Part shown: positions 10,491 through 19,708 of the stretch, one piece after another
Position numbering within the stretch: the first letter of the stretch is position 1
Layout: each line of letters begins with the position of its first letter
DNA from: Candidatus Thorarchaeota archaeon
GTDB taxonomy: Archaea > Asgardarchaeota > Thorarchaeia > Thorarchaeales > Thorarchaeaceae
Assembly: GCA_003345545.1 (NCBI GenBank)
Contig: PRDH01000070.1
Location: 1 to 40,187, forward strand
Length of the DNA stretch: 40,187 bases
Direction of reading: 5' to 3'
The notes under the pieces: generated by a model
The model's input: only the letters and a program-made list of their open reading frames with translations
What the model was told of the DNA's origin: nothing
The model's database searches: none
Position numbers and translations under genes: made by a program

Positions 10491-11651
10491 ATGAACAATA
10501 GAGTTGCGATAATAGGTGTCGGAATTAACAAGTTTGGCGAACTGTGGGATAAGAATCTCATGGACATTGCCTATGAAGCGGGAATGTACGCCATATGGGA
10601 TGCGGGAATCTCGGGTGCAGATATAGATGGCATGGTTATTGGAAATATGAGCGCGGGCCGGTTCACAGGACAGGAGCATCTTGGTGCGCTTGCAGTTGAC
10701 ATGGCAGGACTTGGCGACATTCCAGCATATAGTGTCGAGGCAGCATGCGCCAGTGGCGGCGCAGCAGTAAGACAAGCGTACATGGCAATTAAGTCAGGTG
10801 AACATGATCTCATGGTCGTACTAGGATGCGAAAAGATGAGTGATGTGAGCCAGAGTGAGGCCATGAACACCATCTCTGTGGCAAGCGACTGGGAATGGGA
10901 GGGAACGTTCGGAGGCACTTTCCCTGCACTCTATGCATTCATGGCTCGAAGGCATATGCATGATTATGGCACGACTGAAGAGCATCTTGCTTTGCCCGTT
11001 GTGAAGAACCATGCAAATGCAGCACATAATCCATTTGCACAGTTTCAGAGCCCTGTTCCACTAGATGTCGTGATGAGCTCTGCCATGCTGGCAGAACCGC
11101 TCAGGGTCCTCCATTCATCCCCTGTGACTGACGGAGCCGCGGGTCTTGTGGTGTGTAGAGAGGACCTTGCAAAGAAATACACCGACACACCTGTAATCAT
11201 CGAGGCATCAGATCAGAGGAGTGATACATTAGCCCTGCATGATAGAAAGTCAATAACTACCATGAGTTCAGTGGTCACTTCAACCAGATGCGCACTCAAG
11301 CAGGCGAATCTTGAACTCAAGGATATTGATGTTCTTGAACTCCATGATAGCTTCTCGATTGGAGAGATAATACTTACTGAAGATGTCGGAATTGCAAAGA
11401 AGGGAGAGGGCGGCAAAGCTCTAGAAGAAGGCATTACCGAGATCGGTGGAAAGTTCCCTGTCAATACCTCAGGCGGACTCAAAGCCCGAGGTCACCCAGT
11501 GGGGGCAACAGGTGTGGCACAGATTGTGGAGCTAGTATTACAGCTTCGAGGTGATGCAGACAAGCGTCAAGTTGATGGAGCAGAGAAGGCACTCGCTGTC
11601 AACATAGGTGGTACAGGAGCCACATCAATAGTTCATGTTCTTGGGAGATGA
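10491..11651 (+). CDS. Acetoacetyl-CoA thiolase (archaeal)
   Basis: EAACASGG, KNHANA, ELHDSF, NTSGGLKARGHPVGATG; strong GAGGAGGT SD. Confidence 0.95.
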   Translation: MNNRVAIIGVGINKFGELWDKNLMDIAYEAGMYAIWDAGISGADIDGMVIGNMSAGRFTGQEHLGALAVDMAGLGDIPAYSVEAACASGGAAVRQAYMAIKSGEHDLMVVLGCEKMSDVSQSEAMNTISVASDWEWEGTFGGTFPALYAFMARRHMHDYGTTEEHLALPVVKNHANAAHNPFAQFQSPVPLDVVMSSAMLAEPLRVLHSSPVTDGAAGLVVCREDLAKKYTDTPVIIEASDQRSDTLALHDRKSITTMSSVVTSTRCALKQANLELKDIDVLELHDSFSIGEIILTEDVGIAKKGEGGKALEEGITEIGGKFPVNTSGGLKARGHPVGATGVAQIVELVLQLRGDADKRQVDGAEKALAVNIGGTGATSIVHVLGR

Positions 11652-12100
11652 TCGAAATGGCAGAGAGAGGTGTAGCGCAAGTTTGGCGACGGATCAAGTC
11701 AATCTATACACTTCAGGGAAATAAGTGTGAAACATGTGGAACCCATTATTTTCCGCCGCGCCTCGTGTGCCCACAATGTCGAAGAAAAGGGAAACTCGAG
11801 CCCTTCACATTCAAAGGGCTGGGCACCATATACACATTTGCTGTGGTGCATCAAGCTCCTGAGGACTTCAAGCGGCAGATGCCCTATGTAATCGCACAAG
11901 TTGACCTCGATGAGGGTGCTCGACTCACAGCACAGATTGTGAACGTGGACAAAGAGGATGTGAAGATTGGTATGAGGGTCCGTGTCTGCTTCCGCAGGAT
12001 CAAGGAGTTCGGTCCAGGTGGAATCATTGTCTATGGATACAAGTTCGAACCGACAATGAGAGTCACCGGACATGAAGAGAAAGCAGCTACCACAAATTGA
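11648..12100 (+). CDS. DUF35 Zn-ribbon/OB-fold scaffold protein of the thiolase-HMGCS complex
   Basis: CETC...FPPRLVCPQC, GTIYTFAVVH, PYVIAQVDLDEG, YGYKF; ATGA overlap with the thiolase stop. Confidence 0.93.
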   Translation: MIEMAERGVAQVWRRIKSIYTLQGNKCETCGTHYFPPRLVCPQCRRKGKLEPFTFKGLGTIYTFAVVHQAPEDFKRQMPYVIAQVDLDEGARLTAQIVNVDKEDVKIGMRVRVCFRRIKEFGPGGIIVYGYKFEPTMRVTGHEEKAATTN

Positions 12101-12800
12101 GTTCCGTGATACCATGAACGGCAGGCAGGGCAACATTGTGGACAAGTGTGGTTCCTATCATAGCTTTATGCTTTGTCGAAGTGTGAACATGTCCGTGAAT
12201 CACGAGGTCCGGACAGTGGCGCAAGATGACTTTGTAGAACTTCCTGCTTCCAAGCCAAGAGAAATCTCTCGGGTCATCACCCTCACAGGTCTCTAGACAG
12301 GGGCTATAATGCAGCAGCAGGATGCGTTTGTCCGTCTTGCCATCGAGCTTCTTCAGCAACGATGCCGCACGCTTAGCGCGCCTCTCGAACACGCCCTTTA
12401 TGCTCGGAATGTTCCGTTTCTGCCACCTTGTTGCTTTGTCTAGGGAACCTTGTGTACCAACAATCCCGATTCGGAGACCATTTGACTCAATAATGGTCGA
12501 TTTCTCATCAAGAAGAATCAATCTGCTGCCAGTCGCAGATATTATCTCTTTTCGAACTTCATTGTATTCTTCATTTCCAAAGCATCCAACCACTGGAAAC
12601 CCTGAGCCCATATGTTGTTCAATCGCATCCAGTATCGTATTGTATTCATCGGACTTGCCGCGACTGACCATATCACCAGCAAAGAGAAACAGGTCAGGTG
12701 GCTGGAGAGTGCTCAGAGATTGCTTGAACTCGCTCAAGAATCTCGGACTGTGAACATCTGCGACAGCCTGAATCTTCACGATGTGAACGTCCCCTGACAT
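12087..12800 (-). CDS. Calcineurin-like metallophosphoesterase
   Basis: ADVH, AGD, FGNEE, LLHY and HGHVH motifs. Confidence 0.9.
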   Translation of the reverse strand: MSGDVHIVKIQAVADVHSPRFLSEFKQSLSTLQPPDLFLFAGDMVSRGKSDEYNTILDAIEQHMGSGFPVVGCFGNEEYNEVRKEIISATGSRLILLDEKSTIIESNGLRIGIVGTQGSLDKATRWQKRNIPSIKGVFERRAKRAASLLKKLDGKTDKRILLLHYSPCLETCEGDDPRDFSWLGSRKFYKVILRHCPDLVIHGHVHTSTKHKAMIGTTLVHNVALPAVHGITELNLW

Positions 12801-12862
12801 GTGAATTGAGAATAAAACAAGATATTAAGTGTTTCAAATATGATGGAAATGGCGAGAAACCA

Positions 12863-13849
12863 ATGGTGACCTTTGCGCTGAACCTCTTTGACCGCCTGCA
12901 TCTTGGACACGAGGTGATGATAGATAGGCTTGTTGAGATGCCGGAGCCTATCGCAGGAGTCACCGGCGGTGAACTCATGGGCAAAGGGCTCCAATTGGAG
13001 AGCCTCATTCAGCCTCTGGAAACCAGAGTTGCCAGGCTAAAGGAATACCTCGTGAGGAGTAAGCTCGATGACATCGTTGAAGTCAAGGCTCTGGCAAAGA
13101 GAAGGGATCTACTCGAATACAAGGAGAAAGTCACGTTCATGATGTACGAAGGTCCCTGCTGCACAGAGATACAATCAGGCGCACTAAGCAAGAGGAAACA
13201 GATTCTCGGGCTTGAAGACGTCCAGGAGTTCCTGAAACCAGTCCGCGCGGATGACGGAGACAAGATCACATCAGCGAGGATTCGTCTCGGACAGATCGAC
13301 AGGAGAGGAAGGCGTCTCAGGGTCATTGACGAGCCTCCACGGCTTCTTCAATTAGATGGGAGGGAGGGCTTGAAATCTCCGAAGGGAGATGTCTTCAAAG
13401 TTAAAGATGGTGCACCAGAGAAGCGAGTTGTGGAGAGAATTAGGGTTGAATCGCCCTCTAGGGTCATAACGGTGGGAGACGTAACGACCGCCACCATACT
13501 TGGCGAAGGATACACTCCACATATCATGATTGTTGATGGAACAACGAAGAGGGGAGTCTATGACAAGGAATTTTCAGCGAGCACCGAGTTCCTCATTTAC
13601 AATCCTGCTGCAACCATTTATCCGGAGGCATGGTCCACAATTGCCACAGCAATTCACCAGGATCAGCCTACGTTAGTCTCAGTGGATGGCGAAGAGGATC
13701 TTTTGGGTTTTCCAGCTGTGCTCCTAGCTCCCCAAGGCTCTGTGGTTCTCTATGGTCAGCCAGATGTTGGAATCGTCTGGATACCTGTCAATATAGCGAA
13801 CAAGAAACTGGCACGAAAACTGCTTGACAAGATGCCAGTGATTCAGTAG
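12863..13849 (+). CDS. Fused phosphopantetheine adenylyltransferase (CoaD/PPAT) and GTP-dependent dephospho-CoA kinase (DUF359)
   Basis: N-terminal half has FDRLHLGH and DGDKITSARIRLGQIDRRG; C-terminal half has LKSPKG, TVGDVTT, IVDGTTKR, NPAATI, VDGEEDL and YGQPDVG. Start placed at ATG 12863. Confidence 0.88.
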   Translation: MVTFALNLFDRLHLGHEVMIDRLVEMPEPIAGVTGGELMGKGLQLESLIQPLETRVARLKEYLVRSKLDDIVEVKALAKRRDLLEYKEKVTFMMYEGPCCTEIQSGALSKRKQILGLEDVQEFLKPVRADDGDKITSARIRLGQIDRRGRRLRVIDEPPRLLQLDGREGLKSPKGDVFKVKDGAPEKRVVERIRVESPSRVITVGDVTTATILGEGYTPHIMIVDGTTKRGVYDKEFSASTEFLIYNPAATIYPEAWSTIATAIHQDQPTLVSVDGEEDLLGFPAVLLAPQGSVVLYGQPDVGIVWIPVNIANKKLARKLLDKMPVIQ

Positions 13850-13864
13850 CGTGGATGACTTGTC

Positions 13865-15382
13865 CTATAATGTAGCAAAGACATGAGGTATCCGTTCGAT
13901 ACAGTCTGTTGCAACTATGTGATCGCCGAGATCCCCCGCAGCCATCTCTCCGGCAAGACCAGACACAAAGGCGCTGGCTGCTGCTGCTCTGAATGCTCCG
14001 CCATTTCGAGATAGGAGGGAAGCAACGATGCCCGTCAGAACGTCTCCAGTGCCCCCAACTGTCATTGCAGGAACGCCAGTTCGATTCCACTTGATGCGGC
14101 CAGTAGGATGCGTAATCACATCTATTGGCCCTTTCAGTAATATCACAGCATCGTAGAGCTTTGCCGCCTTGACAGCTTGTTCTGTTCGATTCTGCAAGTT
14201 CCCAGCCTTACCCAATTTGCTCTCCATGATGACTGAGAGCTCCCCCCAGTGCGGAGTGAATACGGTAATATCCGGGTTGAATCTCATTCCTGATGATGCT
14301 ATCGCTTTCAATCCGTCAGCGTCAAGGACGAGCGGTATCCCACGATCTATGAACTGCTGAATGAGACACACAGCAGCCTCTTTTGTTTTGGAGTCAAGTC
14401 CAAGTCCGGGTCCGAATGCAACAACATCATTACTCTCTGAAACCTTGAGAACCGCATCAACGACTTCAGGGACCAGAATTTGAGCACCCAGATTCTTGAC
14501 CATCAGATTAGGGCTATATTCCCTAATTGCTGGGACAACAGGATCAGGTGCAAGAACAGTGACTAAATCCGAACCGGAACGTAGGGCAGCCATCCCTGCA
14601 AGCGCAGGAGCGCCTGAGAAGACATCACTTCCGCCAATGACCAATATCCTGCCAAAGTCACCCTTCTTTGCGGAGGATTCTCGGGGCCGGTTGTAGTACG
14701 ATAAGTCACCGGGTCCACAGATGTCTGCAGCCTCTCGCGGTATTCCAATTGTGACAACATGTGTCTTTCCTACATATGCGGGAGCCTTCAGAGTTCCAAT
14801 CTTGGATGCATGGAGCGCGATGGTATGGTCTGCCTTGACCGCATCTCCGTGAACTGCTCCCGTATCAGAATCTATGCCGCTCGGTACGTCGATTGAATAC
14901 TTGATTGCTTTGGACCTGTTTATCATTCTTACCGCAGTGAGTAGAGGTTCCCTGAGTTCAGAGTGAAGACCGAATCCCATCAGTCCATCAATGAGGATAT
15001 CAGCACGACCGATGGCTCTGCATGATCTGACCGCAGATTCTGTTTGGAGAGAGGATGTAAAGATTCGCAGGAGGTTTTTGAGAGTGTTCCAGTTCGTCAT
15101 TGTATCCGGATTCGAGATGGTCTTCTCATGTCCCAGTAGGTATACCTCAACTCTCGCACCGGCTTCATCTAGGTATCTTGCAGCTACAATGCCATCTCCG
15201 CCATTCCCGCCAAGACCACACAGGATAACAACAGATTTTCCACCCACACTCTCATTGTCAATGATGACGCGAGCAACCTCTCTGCCGGCAATTTGCATGA
15301 GAACACTGTGTGAAACACCGAGATACTTTGCATTCATCTCAAGAGCGCGCATCTCATCCGTTGTTATGGAATTCCCGTCCAT
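13865..15382 (-). CDS. nnr: Bifunctional NAD(P)HX epimerase/dehydratase
   Basis: YjeF_N motifs GGNGGDG and DVPSG; YjeF_C motifs KGDFG, GPGLG, DADGL, TPHWGE and GGTGDVL. Confidence 0.95.
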   Translation of the reverse strand: MDGNSITTDEMRALEMNAKYLGVSHSVLMQIAGREVARVIIDNESVGGKSVVILCGLGGNGGDGIVAARYLDEAGARVEVYLLGHEKTISNPDTMTNWNTLKNLLRIFTSSLQTESAVRSCRAIGRADILIDGLMGFGLHSELREPLLTAVRMINRSKAIKYSIDVPSGIDSDTGAVHGDAVKADHTIALHASKIGTLKAPAYVGKTHVVTIGIPREAADICGPGDLSYYNRPRESSAKKGDFGRILVIGGSDVFSGAPALAGMAALRSGSDLVTVLAPDPVVPAIREYSPNLMVKNLGAQILVPEVVDAVLKVSESNDVVAFGPGLGLDSKTKEAAVCLIQQFIDRGIPLVLDADGLKAIASSGMRFNPDITVFTPHWGELSVIMESKLGKAGNLQNRTEQAVKAAKLYDAVILLKGPIDVITHPTGRIKWNRTGVPAMTVGGTGDVLTGIVASLLSRNGGAFRAAAASAFVSGLAGEMAAGDLGDHIVATDCIERIPHVFATL

Positions 15383-15581
15383 CTGTAATCACACTCACTG
15401 GACTCCAGCCAATGCATAATCCGACTCACTATATCAATCATTTCTTAAAGAGCAAGATTCTCTCCGAGTACACTCTGAATGGTTTCGCCGGACTCGCATC
15501 AGCTTTGTCGTACTGCAATTCCTGTGAAACAACCATCCATTGCATCCCCAGCGTGATTGAACCGTAGCGCGTTCGGCAATC

Positions 15582-17021
15582 TCACTCGGCCGCCTTTTTC
15601 GTAAGATAGGCATGAATGCCTCTTGCGGCACATTTGCCCTGGCCCATCGCGTTGATGACTGTGGCAGCTCCTGTCACAATATCACCACCAGCAAAGACAC
15701 CACGGAGCGAAGTCATACCTGTCTCTTCATTGATGATGATAGTGCCCCATTTAGAGACCTCGAGTCCTTGTGTTGAGTTGGGAATGATCGGATTGGGCGA
15801 ATTGCCAATCGCAACAATGACAGTATCAAGATCCATAACGAACTCGGAATTCTTGATGGCCACAGGTCGCTTTCTACCGGATTCATCCGGCTCTCCGAGC
15901 TCCATGCGGATACATTGCATCCCGATGACGTTCCCAGACTCATCACCGAGGACTTCAGTGGGATTCACGAGGAATTGAAAACGAATGCCCTCCTCCTCTG
16001 CGTGATGTACCTCCTCTGCTCTGGCGGGCAGTTCTTCGCGTGATCTTCTGTAGACAACTGTCACTTCACTAGCACCCAGCCTCAGAGAAGTCCTTGCTGA
16101 ATCCATTGCTACATTTCCTCCACCAATGACTGCAACCCTCTTCCCTATCTTCACGGGCGTATCATACTCAGGGAACTTGTATGCTTTCATGAGATTAACG
16201 CGGGTAAGGAATTCGTTCGCTGAGAAGACTGTGGTCAAGTTCATCCCTTTGATCGGCATAAAGCTGGGCGCTCCTGCGCCGCTTCCGATGAAGACTGCTT
16301 CATAGCCATCCTCTGTCATTAGCTCGTTGACAGTTCTTATTTTGCCGATCACGTGATTATACTTGATTTCAACCCCGAGTCTCTCAAGAAAATCAACCTC
16401 GGCTGTGACGATTTCTTTTGGCAATCTGAATTCAGGAATCCCATAGATGAGGACTCCACCAGGCTTGTGGAAAGCCTCAAAGATTGTGACATCATAACCT
16501 AATTTTATGAGATCGCCAGCACAGGTCAGCCCTGCTGGTCCTGAGCCGATGACTGCAACCCTCTTTCCGAGCTTTGATGGCAACTTGGGGAGGTCCTCAC
16601 CCCTAGCACGAGCATAGTCAGCAACAAACCTCTCTAAGCGCCCAATTGCAATAGGTTCGTTTCGGACACCGTAGATACAGGTAGCCTCACATTGCGTCTC
16701 CTGGGGACAGACACGACCACAGATTGCTGGAAGACTGTTTGTCTCCTTGATCCTAGCCGCTGCCTCTATGAACTTCTTCTCACGAACCAGATTGATGAAG
16801 TCTCGAATGGGAACTTCAACTGGGCAACCACTCATACACTTAGGATTTCTACACTGCATGCACTTCTCAGCCTCTGCTAGTGCTTGCTCCATCGTGTAAC
16901 CAAGAGCGACCTCGTCAAAATTCCGCCTCCGCTTCGCTGGAGACTGCTCAGGCATCATGACTTTCTTGGTCGGTGGTTTTCGCTCTCTCATTGCACCTTT
17001 TGGCTCGTTCTTCTCGCTCAC
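15582..17021 (-). CDS. sudA: NADPH-dependent GltD-like subunit (NfnB/SudA)
   Basis: CMQCRNPKCMSGCP, ICGRVCPQETQCE, GSGPAG, YGIPEFRLP, GGGNVAMD, AGGDIVTG. Likely GTG start overlapping the upstream stop at 17021, with GGAGG SD. Confidence 0.93.
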   Translation of the reverse strand: MSEKNEPKGAMRERKPPTKKVMMPEQSPAKRRRNFDEVALGYTMEQALAEAEKCMQCRNPKCMSGCPVEVPIRDFINLVREKKFIEAAARIKETNSLPAICGRVCPQETQCEATCIYGVRNEPIAIGRLERFVADYARARGEDLPKLPSKLGKRVAVIGSGPAGLTCAGDLIKLGYDVTIFEAFHKPGGVLIYGIPEFRLPKEIVTAEVDFLERLGVEIKYNHVIGKIRTVNELMTEDGYEAVFIGSGAGAPSFMPIKGMNLTTVFSANEFLTRVNLMKAYKFPEYDTPVKIGKRVAVIGGGNVAMDSARTSLRLGASEVTVVYRRSREELPARAEEVHHAEEEGIRFQFLVNPTEVLGDESGNVIGMQCIRMELGEPDESGRKRPVAIKNSEFVMDLDTVIVAIGNSPNPIIPNSTQGLEVSKWGTIIINEETGMTSLRGVFAGGDIVTGAATVINAMGQGKCAARGIHAYLTKKAAE

Positions 17022-17863
17022 TAAGTTTCGCCTCCTTGCTGATTTATCCATCTCTTGTCAGCCTCGGCTTCGTATGTGCGGTAGGCATTGAGTCGACCCA
17101 TGAGTTCCTGAAAGTCCACCTGGTGCCCGTCAAACTCGGGGCCGTCGACGCATGCGAACTTCATCTGCCCACCCACGCTCACGCGACATGCGCCGCACAT
17201 CCCGGTACCGTCGACCATAATACTGTTCAGACTCACGAGAGTAGGTATCTGCTTGGCCTCGGTCGTCTTGCTCACGAACTTCATCATCGGGACAGGCCCA
17301 ACAGCAAACACAAGGTCGATCTTTCGATCATTCTGAATGAGGTCTCCAAGAACATTCGTAACAAATCCGTGCACTCCACAGGAGCCATCATCTGTGGTCA
17401 CGTAGAACTCATCGCTTATTTCGCGCATCTGTTTCCTATAGAGAAGCAGTTCCATGGTCCGCGCACCATTGATCGTAATCAGGTAGTTGCCAGCTTCTTT
17501 GAATGCTCGGGCAACTGGATATACAATGGCGCTTCCACATCCGCCTCCGATTGCCACAACAGTGCCATACTTCTTGTCAGTGGGCGAGGGCTTCCCTAGG
17601 GGCCCGACAAGGTCCTGAACATACTCTCCTCTCTTGAAACTTCCAAGAAGCTTTGTGCTCTTGCCTACTTCCTGGAATACAATCGTGATTAAACCTCTCT
17701 CACGATTGAAGTCTGCGATCGTCAGCGGAATGCGTTCACCCGTCTCGTTCGCCCGAACAATCACAAACTGGCCCGGCTTACACACCTTGGCAATCTCAGG
17801 AGCGCGAACAACTAGCATCTTTGTGACGGAATTAAGAACCTTCTTGGATACGATCTTGTACAT
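17021..17863 (-). CDS. sudB: Ferredoxin-NADP reductase subunit (NfnA/SudB)
   Basis: KPGQFVIVR, ERIPLTIAD, GPLG, and the [2Fe-2S] motif SLNSIMVDGTGMCGACRV...FACVDGPEFD. Confidence 0.93.
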   Translation of the reverse strand: MYKIVSKKVLNSVTKMLVVRAPEIAKVCKPGQFVIVRANETGERIPLTIADFNRERGLITIVFQEVGKSTKLLGSFKRGEYVQDLVGPLGKPSPTDKKYGTVVAIGGGCGSAIVYPVARAFKEAGNYLITINGARTMELLLYRKQMREISDEFYVTTDDGSCGVHGFVTNVLGDLIQNDRKIDLVFAVGPVPMMKFVSKTTEAKQIPTLVSLNSIMVDGTGMCGACRVSVGGQMKFACVDGPEFDGHQVDFQELMGRLNAYRTYEAEADKRWINQQGGET

Positions 17864-17962
17864 GGTCGGATAGCCTCGAGGAGCCCCTGCAACAATGGAG
17901 AAGGCGAGTAGTCAGCGCTCCTGAGTGTATGATAAAAGTTTGGGTAGTACGATTCGATGAAA

Positions 17963-19699
17963 CTACTCGTGATACACTTTGCGTACCTCTTTGACAACAA
18001 GCCCGGGTAGCTCTTTCACAGACCTGATAGGATAGACTGAAGCCCCAGCTTTCTCAAGGGCCTGATGAGTCTTAGAGGCGCGGGAGCTAGTTCCAGTGCC
18101 TATGTGGAAGAGAAACAACTTGTGACCCCTCTTGGTAAGTGATTCAACAGCTCCTACCGTCTGTTTCCAGTTTGACACCTCAGCATCGGTTATGAGCAGA
18201 ACAATGGATTCTTTCTCGGCACTTCCGCACACTTCGCTTATCTTGCTCACAGGTGCAACGGTGCCTCCGCCTTGGTATGCCAATAGGACCCTCTCGACGG
18301 GGACTCTCTCTCTTGTCCAATCACAAACTTGCACACCATCAGAGAAGTTGATTGCAGCTACTCTGCAGCCTCGCCGAAATGCAAAGTCCATCGCAGCAAA
18401 TGCCGAAACAAGCGCAGTATGGTAGTCACCAGAAATCGTGGTGGGACGCATTTCCCAGGTCATTGAAGCTGATGAGTCTATGACAATCAACATGTCAGGA
18501 GTGGTCCTGGAAACTTTGGAGTCAGTTGTTACATAGTGTTGCCACTTTCTTGTTGAACGATTCGGAATGAGTACGGGAAAGGCCTGAAGAGACTGAACAA
18601 TATCGAGCTCTTCCAGAGGGTCACCCAGCCTCCAGACTTCGGGCACTAATGGAACTGCCCCAGTCAATCTAGAAGAGTCTACTTCAAATCGAATCGCTCC
18701 GTATGCTTTTGCGCGATACCAAAAACGAGTCCAGGCAGCCCTCTCCGATCCGATGCCAGCTGTTAGGAAGACGCCCTGCAAGTCCTCAATGTTACCGTCC
18801 AGTTGTTCAATATCAATAGCAAGCCGTTCCATCTCCTCTTCAAGGTCTGTTGAATTGGCTCCTTCCAAGCACTTTCTTGCTAAGTCGCCATTTCTGACCT
18901 CGACAGGACTTCCCATTATCCCATCTACATCCAATGGGACAGCAATGACTCTCCGCGAGCCATCCACTCCCTCTTGTTGAACTTCATTTGATGCTCCCGA
19001 ATAGGCACCAAGCAAGCTCTCGTCATCGGGCATCCACTTACGTAGTATCTCTGCAATCTTTTCGCAAGAAGAAGGCCACCGATGCTCGAGTTCGATTGAC
19101 GCGCGTGCAATGCGCGCTATCTCATTGGCCACCGCGAAAGTGCGCTGCTCTATATCGACCGTAGGCGGAATTGGAAATCCCCACATTACTCTATAGGAGG
19201 AAACAATCAGTTTCCAGAGATCACTGTGGTCCTGAGTCCTCATCGCGGAATCATGGATAGAGGAAATGATCCGACTATGGGTGAGAGACAGAAATCTTCT
19301 CAACAGACTCGAGTCCACGACAAAATCCGCAAAGAGATTACAGACGAACATTGCTGCGGCATCATTGACATGCTTCCGTGCAGCTGCGAACATTCTTCCA
19401 TTCATCACGCTATCATATGGACACAGAAGATAGTGCTGAATCTCGTGCTGGCAGATGGACCTAAGAAAAGAGTTGACCTCTTCGATACTCATGTGCAGAG
19501 GGACTCCAGCTAGATTGAGATGCACAGTCCAGTTGCCAGAGTCGATGTAGAAGAAGCTGCTAACTCCAGGAATGTACTCAATCTCAGGGTCTGGAAGTGG
19601 AGGATGATAGAAGTCAGTAACAGCTAGAGCCCATGCACTGGCTGCTGCGGAGCCGTACCCATTCTCGTCAGAAGGCTTGCTAGCAGTCACATCCATCAT
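17963..19699 (-). CDS. HExxH metallopeptidase-like domain plus C-terminal VWA domain protein
   Basis: QHEIQHY followed by NLFADFVVD; MIDAS elements VIDSSASM, GGT and ITDAE. Confidence 0.85.
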   Translation of the reverse strand: MMDVTASKPSDENGYGSAAASAWALAVTDFYHPPLPDPEIEYIPGVSSFFYIDSGNWTVHLNLAGVPLHMSIEEVNSFLRSICQHEIQHYLLCPYDSVMNGRMFAAARKHVNDAAAMFVCNLFADFVVDSSLLRRFLSLTHSRIISSIHDSAMRTQDHSDLWKLIVSSYRVMWGFPIPPTVDIEQRTFAVANEIARIARASIELEHRWPSSCEKIAEILRKWMPDDESLLGAYSGASNEVQQEGVDGSRRVIAVPLDVDGIMGSPVEVRNGDLARKCLEGANSTDLEEEMERLAIDIEQLDGNIEDLQGVFLTAGIGSERAAWTRFWYRAKAYGAIRFEVDSSRLTGAVPLVPEVWRLGDPLEELDIVQSLQAFPVLIPNRSTRKWQHYVTTDSKVSRTTPDMLIVIDSSASMTWEMRPTTISGDYHTALVSAFAAMDFAFRRGCRVAAINFSDGVQVCDWTRERVPVERVLLAYQGGGTVAPVSKISEVCGSAEKESIVLLITDAEVSNWKQTVGAVESLTKRGHKLFLFHIGTGTSSRASKTHQALEKAGASVYPIRSVKELPGLVVKEVRKVYHE

Positions 19700-19708
19700 T
19701 ATAGCATC

